Shown here one piece after another: positions 25,016 through 32,000 of a DNA stretch of 32,000 bases; the stretch's first letter is position 1, and each line of letters opens with the position of its first letter. Under the pieces are notes generated by a model. The model was not told the DNA's origin. It saw nothing but the letters and a program-made list of their open reading frames with translations, and searched no databases. A program made the position numbers and the translations under genes. This DNA comes from Acidothermus cellulolyticus 11B (GTDB lineage: Bacteria > Actinomycetota > Actinomycetes > Acidothermales > Acidothermaceae), in assembly GCF_000015025.1 (NCBI RefSeq), contig NC_008578.1, forward strand, positions 2,190,001 to 2,222,000, given 5' to 3'.

Positions 25016-25197
25016 CCCGCCCGCAGCGTCAGAGACTCGTCCGCGGCGTCTCGTCCGCAGCCTCAGGGACCGTGACACTAACGCCCAGCGAATCACTCTC
25101 ACGCACGCCCGCGGGATCGCCGAACGCACCGGCGACACCGACGCCGAGCCAGCTCACGCCAGGCCGAGCAGCCGGGGCAAGTGCCGGGGCGGCGGAT
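25016..25197. repeat. Right copy of the direct repeat bracketing the CRISPR-Cas cassette (includes the genuine 3' end of the DUF885 gene)
   Basis: See the left copy for the alignment. This copy holds the real stop codon (25154-25156) and the last ~14 codons of the 25154..26788 gene, plus about 138 bp of downstream sequence. Confidence 0.92.
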
Positions 25198-26788
25198 TCC
25201 CAAAACTCAGCAGCGTGTCGTGCAGACGACGGTCGCTCCACTCCGGGTGGGCGGCGCGAAGCTGCGCCGCCACCTCGCTCACCTCGAGAACTCCGACGTG
25301 GTAGGTCGACAACTGCGCGCTCGTGAGCAGTGCGCGTCGCCACTTGCCGACCGCCTCCCCCTCCTCTTGGTACCCGCGGTCGCGCAGCAACCGCAGCGCT
25401 TCCTCCTCCGTCAGCCCCTCGCAATGCACCCCTACGTCAAGCACCGCGTTCAACGCCGTCCGCAACCGCATTTTCAGCTGTTGCATCGCCACGGCAAGGC
25501 CGCCGAACCCGTACCGCGCCATCACCTCTTCGGCGTACACCGCCCACCCTTCGACAAACGGCCCGCTCCAGAACGCCCGGCGTACCAAGGTCGGAGTTTC
25601 CGACCGCCGGGCGTGCGCTAATTGGAGCATGTGGCCGGGCATGGCTTCATGCACGACGAGATTGCGCAGCGCATGCACGTTGTACTCCCGGTAAAACGAC
25701 GCAACCCGTTCCGAGGGCCACGAAGCAGGAGCCGGGGAAATCGCGAAAAAAGTAGGCGTATCCGGTGGATCCAGCGGTCCCGGCGGTTCGCAATACGCCA
25801 CGGCGACCCCGCGGTGAATCTCCGGCATGACGATGATGTCGAGCGGATCGGCGTAGTATGTGACCAACTCGCGTCCTTGGACGAACTCCGTCGCCTCAGC
25901 CAACGCGGAGCGTGCTTCGGTGATGACCGTCTCGTCATTGGGAGCCTGCTCGGCCAATCGGGCGAAAATCTCTTGTGGTGAACCGCCGAGCCGGCCCGCT
26001 GTCTCCACCATTGCCTGCTCAACCCGCTGAACCTCCGCCCACGCAGCGGCGGCGACGTCTTCCGGGCGCCGCGCGACATCCAACACCAGCGCGAGTTTCG
26101 CCGTGTACAGCTCCGGTCCGAGCCGTGGATCGCCGTCCGCTTGGTCGAGCTGCTCACACAGCCACGCCAGGTGGGTGCGGACCGCTTCGACCGCCGGCGC
26201 CAACCGCTCGGCAACCAGGCCGGCGTACGGACTTCCCTGTGCGTGCGCGGGAATTTCGTCCTCCAACAGCCGCAGCGTTCCGCTGAACTGGTCGATGGCC
26301 GTCTCCACGTGCACGCGCGGCATGTCACGGGACGACGCGCGCGCCGCCGCCAGCTGTTCCGGAACCGCGGCGAGCCGGCCGGCCAAGGCGCGAAGCCGGT
26401 CATCGAGTGGAGCGAAATCCCGGGCAAGGAGCAGATACAGCGCCGTGCCGGGGTTGGCCTGCAGCGGATTCCACTCGTGTTCCCGTAGCGTCTCCAACTC
26501 GAAAAGCCGTTCCGCAACCTTGTTGCGGAGGATCTCCGCGTCGACGCGGTGGCCGACGGGCAGTCGGTCGAGCGGGTACCGCTCCAGACGGGTGAGGACG
26601 GCGCGCAGCGCCCGGATCTCGTCGTTGACCGCTGCGGGCCGCAGGTCCTCGAGCCGGTCATCAAACCGGTGATCGCCGATTGCGGTGGCGAGTGAGGGCT
26701 GGTACGCAAGCAGCTGGTCGACCGCCTCCGAGGCGAAACGTTCAAAGTCGGCCGCCGGCTCAGGGGTGGACGCAACCGTCATGGGCAT
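25154..26788 (-). CDS. DUF885-family protein (putative metallopeptidase-like)
   Basis: 544 aa. The size and the HEAMPGHMLQ motif (HExxPGH) are characteristic of DUF885 as I recall it. An alternative ATG lies at 26782. Confidence 0.8.
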   Translation of the reverse strand: MPMTVASTPEPAADFERFASEAVDQLLAYQPSLATAIGDHRFDDRLEDLRPAAVNDEIRALRAVLTRLERYPLDRLPVGHRVDAEILRNKVAERLFELETLREHEWNPLQANPGTALYLLLARDFAPLDDRLRALAGRLAAVPEQLAAARASSRDMPRVHVETAIDQFSGTLRLLEDEIPAHAQGSPYAGLVAERLAPAVEAVRTHLAWLCEQLDQADGDPRLGPELYTAKLALVLDVARRPEDVAAAAWAEVQRVEQAMVETAGRLGGSPQEIFARLAEQAPNDETVITEARSALAEATEFVQGRELVTYYADPLDIIVMPEIHRGVAVAYCEPPGPLDPPDTPTFFAISPAPASWPSERVASFYREYNVHALRNLVVHEAMPGHMLQLAHARRSETPTLVRRAFWSGPFVEGWAVYAEEVMARYGFGGLAVAMQQLKMRLRTALNAVLDVGVHCEGLTEEEALRLLRDRGYQEEGEAVGKWRRALLTSAQLSTYHVGVLEVSEVAAQLRAAHPEWSDRRLHDTLLSFGNPPPRHLPRLLGLA

Positions 26789-26841
26789 AACCTACGGGCA
26801 GAAGGCGACGGCGCGCACCGCAGCACAGGAGGGAGTCAGGC

Positions 26842-28401
26842 GTGGCGGAACGAGCGGGCGGACGGTGGCAGCTTGGTGTTCCCGTGATCGTCGCTTCGCA
26901 CCGGGCCCCCGTCCAGTTCCGCCGCGAAGGCGGCCGCCGGATCGCCCGCCGCGGGGCCGGTGGGCTCGTCACCGCGCTGCTCGGTCTCGTCCGCGAGATC
27001 CCGGACGCCGTATGGGTCTGCGCGGCGAGCACCGAGGAGGACGCTGCGGTCGTCGCGGAACACCGCGGCAAGGCGATTCCCATCGCCGTCGGGCCATTGC
27101 CGCGCATCGCCGACCCGGACGCCCATGACGAACCAGTCGCCGCGATCCGCATGGTGGAAATTGATCCCGCAGCCCGGGAGGACTTCTACTCGGTCATCTC
27201 CAACCCCATGCTCTGGTTCGTTCAGCACGGGCTCTACGACTTGACCCGCGCACCGAACATCGACGAGGTTGAACACGAGGCATTCGAACACGGCTACGTC
27301 GCGGTCAACCGCGCCTTCGCCGACACCATCGCGGAAGAAGTGGAGAGCCGAGGCGGCCGCGCCCTCGTCATGCTCCACGACTACCACTTCTACCTCGTCG
27401 CCGCCATGGTCCGGGAACGCTGCCCCGACGTCGTACTCTCGCATTTCGTCCACATTCCCTGGCCCGGACCGGACGCGTGGCGGGTCCTCCCGCCGCACAT
27501 GCGCGACCAGATTTTCGCCGGGCTGCTCGGCAACGACATTGTCGCGTTCCACACCGAGCGGTTCGCCCGCAATTTCCTGCTCTGCGCGCAGGAACTCCTC
27601 GGCCTTCCCATCAATCTCGACAAAATGACCGTACAGTACGGGCCGCGGACCATCGCTGCAAAGACGTATCCGATTTCCATTGACGTCGACGCCCTCGAGG
27701 AAGTCGCGAGGAGCAAGGCTGTCCGCACCCGCCTGGACGACCTGGAGACCTGGCTCGCCGCAGAAGGAGGCAAGCTCATCGTCCGAGTGGACCGAACGGA
27801 TCCGTCAAAGAACATCGTTCGCGGCTTCCTTGCGTTCGAACGGCTCCTTGACGACCATCCTGAACTGGTCGGGAAAGTGCGCTTCCTCGCCTTCCTGCAG
27901 CCAAGCCGTCTCGATGTCCCCGAGTACGTCGAATACATTGGCCGCATCGGCTCTGTCGTCGCGCGCATCAACGCGAAGTACACCCGCGGCGGTGAAGCGC
28001 CGATCGACCTCCGTCTGCATGAGGACTTCCTCACCGCGGTGGCGGCGTACAGCATCTGCGACGTCGTCATGGTCAATTCAATCGCCGATGGGATGAACCT
28101 CGTCGCGAAGGAAGCCGTCTGCGTCTCCCGGCGCAACGCCGTGCTCGCTCTCTCGGAGAACACCGGCGCGTACGAAGAATTAGGTGCCTTCGCCGTCACG
28201 CTCTACCCCTTCGACATCCAACAGCAGGCGGATGCGCTGTACATTGCGCTCATGATGCCGGAGGAGGAACGCCGGGAACGCCTGGAAGCGGCGGCGGAAA
28301 TTGTGCGGGCCAACAACGTGACGAAGTGGCTGGACTTTCAGCTCACAGATCTCGCCGAGTTCACCGGGCTCTGGTCGTGGAAACCGACGCGATCGTCATA
28401 G
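26842..28401 (+). CDS. otsA: Family 20 glycosyltransferase, trehalose-6-phosphate synthase-like
   Basis: 519 aa. GTG start preceded by AGGAGGGAG. VIVASHRAPV, GGLVTAL, LHDYHFYLV, VDRTDPSKNIVRGFLAFERLL and NSIADGMNLVAKE are OtsA/GT20 signatures. The gene symbol is tentative. Confidence 0.82.
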   Translation: MAERAGGRWQLGVPVIVASHRAPVQFRREGGRRIARRGAGGLVTALLGLVREIPDAVWVCAASTEEDAAVVAEHRGKAIPIAVGPLPRIADPDAHDEPVAAIRMVEIDPAAREDFYSVISNPMLWFVQHGLYDLTRAPNIDEVEHEAFEHGYVAVNRAFADTIAEEVESRGGRALVMLHDYHFYLVAAMVRERCPDVVLSHFVHIPWPGPDAWRVLPPHMRDQIFAGLLGNDIVAFHTERFARNFLLCAQELLGLPINLDKMTVQYGPRTIAAKTYPISIDVDALEEVARSKAVRTRLDDLETWLAAEGGKLIVRVDRTDPSKNIVRGFLAFERLLDDHPELVGKVRFLAFLQPSRLDVPEYVEYIGRIGSVVARINAKYTRGGEAPIDLRLHEDFLTAVAAYSICDVVMVNSIADGMNLVAKEAVCVSRRNAVLALSENTGAYEELGAFAVTLYPFDIQQQADALYIALMMPEEERRERLEAAAEIVRANNVTKWLDFQLTDLAEFTGLWSWKPTRSS

Positions 28402-30059
28402 GGAGCGGGCCGAACGGCCTGGTCGCCGCAAATCTGCTCGCGGACGCCGGATGGTCGGTGCTGGTCGTCGAAGCAGCGCAGCAACCCGGCGGCGGGGTGC
28501 GCTCCGGCCGTTACGTCGATCCGGACTTCATCTCTGACGCCTGCAGCGCCTTCTATCCGCTCGCGATCGCCTCACCGGCGATGCAGGCCATGCAGCTCGA
28601 ACGGTACGGCGTGAGATGGCGCCACGCTGATTTCGCGTTTGCGCATCCGCTTCCGGACGGCCGGGCGCTCGCCGTCTCCCGGGACGTCACGGAAACCGCT
28701 GCATTGCTGGATGATGTCGCCCCCGGATCCGGAGCCGGCTGGATGGAGCTCGCCGCGCTCTGGAAACGCGCCGCGCCTGCGTTGATGGACGCGCTCTGTA
28801 CGCCGTTCCCGCCGGTGCGCGCCGGAGTACGACTCGCCCGGGCGCTGTACCGCAGCGGTCTTGGGCGGTTCGCCCGGATGGCGCTTCTTCCGGTGCGGCG
28901 GTTTGCCGAGGAATGGGTCCGCGAACCCACCGGCCTTCTTTTCGCCGGCAACGCTCTGCACGCAGACTTCGCACCGGAATCCACGATGAGCGGCTTGTAC
29001 GGCTGGCTGCTCGCCATGCTCGCCGGTGACGTCGGATTTCCCGTTCCCCAAGGGGGAGCGCAGCGCGTCACTGATGCGCTGCTCGCCCGGTTGCGCGACC
29101 GGGACGGCGAATTGCTCTGCGGCCGGCGCGTGACCGGAATCCTCATCCGGAGCGGGCGGGCCGTTGGGGTCCGTCTCGCCGACGGGGACGAGATTGCCGC
29201 CCGCCGGGCTGTGCTGGCCGCCGTCCCAGCCCCATCCTTGTACGGCGAATTGATACCACCCGAGCATGTGCCGGAGAATGTGCGCCGCGACCTGCGGAAT
29301 TTTCAGTGGGATTTCGGGACGGTAAAAATCGACTGGGCGCTGCACGAGCCGATACCGTGGACCAACGACCTTGTCCGACGCGCCGGGACCGTGCACATCG
29401 GCGCGTCGATGGACGACCTGACCCGATATGCCGCCGACCTGGCGATGGGATTGGTTCCGGCCCGGCCGTTCGTCGTCCTCGGCCAGCTGTCGACGGTGGA
29501 TCCAAGCCGGTCACCCGCCGGCACCGAATCCCTCTGGGGATACACCCACATTCCGCAGCAGATTCGCGGTGACGCCGGACCGGATGGGATCTCCGGAGCG
29601 TGGACGGAGACGGAGATCGAGGCATTCGTCCGGCGCATTGAAGACCACATCGAGCGCTACGCGCCGGGATTCCGGGAGTGCATCAAGACCCGCGTCGTGC
29701 GCGGCCCGGCGGCCATGGACGCCGACCATCCCGGCTTGCACAACGGCGCATTCGGGCAAGGCACGGCGGCCCTGCACCAACAACTGATTTTCCGGCCCCT
29801 TCCGGGTGTTGCCCGCCCGGAAACGCCCATTCCCGGCCTGTATCTGGCGTCCTCCTCCGCCCATCCGGGTCCGGGTGTGCACGGCGCCTGCGGCGCCAAT
29901 GCGGCGCGGGCGGCATTGCGTGCCGATCATCTGGCAACGCGGATCTTCGGTGCGCCGCTGCGCCGAGTGTGTGAACGGGTCATCCGAGGACCTGAGCACC
30001 CCGCAAGCCAGCGGCCGGTCCTTGACTCGCCTGACCGTCCGCCGAAGAGGCTCTCATGA
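28326..30059 (+). CDS. NAD(P)/FAD-dependent oxidoreductase, phytoene desaturase (CrtI)-like family
   Basis: 577 aa. DAIVIGSGPNGLVAANLLADAGWSVLVVEA dinucleotide-binding motif. C-terminal GLYLASSSAHPGPGVHGACG is typical of the family. The true start is probably the in-frame GTG at 28377, which shortens the overlap with otsA. Confidence 0.85.
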   Translation: MAGLSAHRSRRVHRALVVETDAIVIGSGPNGLVAANLLADAGWSVLVVEAAQQPGGGVRSGRYVDPDFISDACSAFYPLAIASPAMQAMQLERYGVRWRHADFAFAHPLPDGRALAVSRDVTETAALLDDVAPGSGAGWMELAALWKRAAPALMDALCTPFPPVRAGVRLARALYRSGLGRFARMALLPVRRFAEEWVREPTGLLFAGNALHADFAPESTMSGLYGWLLAMLAGDVGFPVPQGGAQRVTDALLARLRDRDGELLCGRRVTGILIRSGRAVGVRLADGDEIAARRAVLAAVPAPSLYGELIPPEHVPENVRRDLRNFQWDFGTVKIDWALHEPIPWTNDLVRRAGTVHIGASMDDLTRYAADLAMGLVPARPFVVLGQLSTVDPSRSPAGTESLWGYTHIPQQIRGDAGPDGISGAWTETEIEAFVRRIEDHIERYAPGFRECIKTRVVRGPAAMDADHPGLHNGAFGQGTAALHQQLIFRPLPGVARPETPIPGLYLASSSAHPGPGVHGACGANAARAALRADHLATRIFGAPLRRVCERVIRGPEHPASQRPVLDSPDRPPKRLS

Positions 30060-30979
30060 CCTACCTCCTCGGCGTCGCCGCTGCCATCTTTCTTGGCCTG
30101 GGATTCACCCTGCAGCAGCACGCCGCCGCTTCCGCGCCTGCCAGCGATTTCCTACGGATACGCCTCCTCATTGACCTGCTGCACAAGCCGATCTGGATTG
30201 TTGGTGTGCTGTCGATGATTGCGGGGCAGGTGCTCTCGGCCATGGCCCTTGCGACCGCAGACGTCTCCCTCGTCGAACCGTTGCTCAGCGCCAACGTATT
30301 GTTCGCGCTGATTCTGGCCCGGCTGCTTTACCACCAGCCCCTGGGACTTCGCGAGTGGTCTGGTTCCCTTGTGCTGAGCGCGGGTGTGGGAGTTTTTCTC
30401 TGGGCTGGCGACCCACGCGGCGGTGATCCGGACACCGATTCACTGCTCCGCTGGGTTCTGGCTATCGGCGTGCTTCTCCTCGCCCAACTCTGCGTCGTCG
30501 AGGCACGTCGGCGTGGCGGCGAGGTCCGGCCGATGCTGCTCGCGGCCGCCGCCGGTCTGCTCTTCGGGGTCCAAGACGGGCTCACCCGACGGGCGACCGC
30601 GGCGTGGCATGCCGGAATCGCAAAGATTTTCCTGCACTGGGCGCCGTACACGCTCATCGCCATCGGCATTGTCGCCATGCTGCTCGCGCAGAGCGCCTTC
30701 GAGACCGGACGCCTGCGCACCACGCTGCCCGTCATCGCCGCGGCCGAGCCGTTAGCCGGGATCGCGATGGGCGTCATTGTTTTCGGCGAGCGCGTACGGC
30801 TGGACACCCTGCCTCTTGCCGGCGAAGCCTGCGGCCTGGCCGCAATCGTCGCCGGAGTGGTTCTGGTCGGCACGTCACAGAATTTCCGCCAGCTGGAACA
30901 GGCCTTACTGCGACGCCGTCCCCGCCTCAGTCATCGGCATGCGGACCTCAGGCTCACCCGCAACCACACGGTCGACTAG
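30056..30979 (+). CDS. Polytopic membrane protein, DMT (EamA/NIPA-like) superfamily
   Basis: 307 aa, almost entirely hydrophobic helices (about 9). ATGA overlap with the upstream oxidoreductase stop. The family assignment is weak. Confidence 0.65.
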   Translation: MTYLLGVAAAIFLGLGFTLQQHAAASAPASDFLRIRLLIDLLHKPIWIVGVLSMIAGQVLSAMALATADVSLVEPLLSANVLFALILARLLYHQPLGLREWSGSLVLSAGVGVFLWAGDPRGGDPDTDSLLRWVLAIGVLLLAQLCVVEARRRGGEVRPMLLAAAAGLLFGVQDGLTRRATAAWHAGIAKIFLHWAPYTLIAIGIVAMLLAQSAFETGRLRTTLPVIAAAEPLAGIAMGVIVFGERVRLDTLPLAGEACGLAAIVAGVVLVGTSQNFRQLEQALLRRRPRLSHRHADLRLTRNHTVD

Positions 30980-31021
30980 CCACGCGGACGCCGACGCCGC
31001 CACCGTCCGCTGCCGGAGTGT

Positions 31022-32000
31022 TCAGCCGATCCAGACGGTCTTGATGTTGCAGAATTCCCGGATTCCGTGGGCGGACAGTTCCCGGCCGTACCCGGAGTTC
31101 TTGATGCCGCCGAACGGCACCTCCGGGTACGACGTCGTCATCCCATTGACGAAAACCATGCCCGCCTCGAGTCCATTGACGAAGTGCTCCGCCTCCGCCA
31201 GATCGCGTGTCCACACATTGGAGCCGAGGCCGAACGGCGTTGCGTTGGCGAGGCGCAGCGCCTCATCCGCCGAGGTGACCCGGTACAGGCCCGCCACCGG
31301 ACCGAAAACTTCCTCGTCGAACATCCGCATCTGCGGTGTCACGCCGGCGACGACCGTCGGTGGATACCACCATCCCGGCCCCTCCGGTCGCCGTCCGCCG
31401 CACAGAATCTGCGCACCCTTCGCCCGCGCGTCCTCCACCAGCTCTTCCACGTCGGCGCGTCCCTGCTCGGTGGCGAGCGGGCCGATCTCGGTCGCGTCGT
31501 CGAGCGGATCGCCGACTTTCAGCGCGGACATTTTCGCGACGAACGCCTCGGCGAACGCCTCGTAGACCTCCGCGTGCACAATGAACCGCTTCGCGGCAAT
31601 GCACGACTGGCCGTTGTTCTGGCACCGGGTGGTGGTGGCGACCTCGGCGGCACGCTCGATATCCGCAGACGGCAAGACAATGAACGGGTCGCTGCCGCCC
31701 AATTCGAGCACGGTCTTCTTCAGTTCCCGGCCGGCGATTGCGGCGACCTGCCGGCCCGCGTATTCGCTGCCGGTCAGCGTCACGGCGCGGATCCGCGGAT
31801 CCGCGATTATTTTTTCGACCGCATCGGAACCCACGAGAACGGTGACGAAGGCGCCGTCGGGAAATCCGGCCCGCCGAAAGAGCTCTTCCAAGAAGAGCGC
31901 GGCCTGCGGCACGTTGCTCGCGTGCTTCAGCACCCCGCTGTTGCCGGCCATCAGAGCGGGCGCGGCGAATCGGATCACCTGCCAGAGCGGGTAATTCCAC
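31022..32000 (-). CDS. NAD(P)-dependent aldehyde dehydrogenase (succinate-semialdehyde dehydrogenase-like); 5' end runs off the window
   Basis: LELGGSDPFIV, CQNNGQSCIAAKRF (catalytic Cys) and FGGIKNSGYGRE are ALDH signatures. The frame stays open to the window edge, reading WNYPLWQV, so the M in the track is not the true start. Confidence 0.9.
   Translation of the reverse strand, partial: WNYPLWQVIRFAAPALMAGNSGVLKHASNVPQAALFLEELFRRAGFPDGAFVTVLVGSDAVEKIIADPRIRAVTLTGSEYAGRQVAAIAGRELKKTVLELGGSDPFIVLPSADIERAAEVATTTRCQNNGQSCIAAKRFIVHAEVYEAFAEAFVAKMSALKVGDPLDDATEIGPLATEQGRADVEELVEDARAKGAQILCGGRRPEGPGWWYPPTVVAGVTPQMRMFDEEVFGPVAGLYRVTSADEALRLANATPFGLGSNVWTRDLAEAEHFVNGLEAGMVFVNGMTTSYPEVPFGGIKNSGYGRELSAHGIREFCNIKTVWIG

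Noticed and set aside
28326-28401. 76-nt overlap between the otsA-like gene and the CrtI-like oxidoreductase gene as a possible programmed frameshift or fusion
   Set aside because: An in-frame GTG at 28377, just before the FAD-binding motif, gives a normal short overlap. The long overlap most likely comes from the track taking the most upstream alternative start.
1909-31999. Long ORFs antisense to or out of frame with confident genes (e.g. 1909..3042+, 3120..3953+, 7064..8245+, 9595..10710+, 12559..13767+, 14580..15671+, 15106..16506+, 17004..18176+, 25618..26775-, 26836..27552-, 27390..28199-, 28572..29396-, 31263..32000-)
   Set aside because: Each fully overlaps a gene with clear family motifs, has Arg/Pro/Ala-biased composition and no recognisable domain. 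Stop-poor shadow frames are expected at this GC content.

Overview
High-GC, actinobacteria-like chromosomal segment with four parts. (1) 1-11541, minus strand: a surface-glycan / amino-sugar operon. It holds two DegT aminotransferases, a NeuD/PglD-type and a WbpD/QdtC-type acetyltransferase, a Gfo/Idh/MocA dehydrogenase, an SDR epimerase/dehydratase, a polyprenyl-phosphate sugar transferase, a GT2, an embedded L-2-hydroxyglutarate oxidase gene, and an edge-truncated secreted protein gene that the ORF track omits. A divergent Sfp-type PPTase gene follows. (2) 12463-16822, minus strand: the conserved housekeeping block tRNA-Gln, glmU, prs, rplY(ctc), pth. (3) 18182-25197: a complete, compact type II-C CRISPR-Cas9 locus. 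It has 24 repeats of 36 bp and 23 spacers of about 28 bp, then cas2, cas1 and an Actinomyces-type cas9 of about 1138 aa, plus a divergently transcribed tracrRNA that I predict from an anti-repeat, a nexus hairpin and an intrinsic terminator. The whole cassette is visibly less GC-rich than its flanks. It is bracketed by a direct duplication of about 180-200 bp covering the 3' end and downstream region of the neighbouring DUF885 gene, which suggests a recombination-mediated insertion that could excise again, with no integrase or transposase present. (4) 25154-32000: DUF885 metallopeptidase-like gene, OtsA-like GT20, CrtI-family flavoprotein, DMT-like membrane protein, and an edge-truncated aldehyde dehydrogenase. 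Many long antisense ORFs in the track are high-GC artefacts. All functional calls rest on motif recognition by eye; no database search was run.
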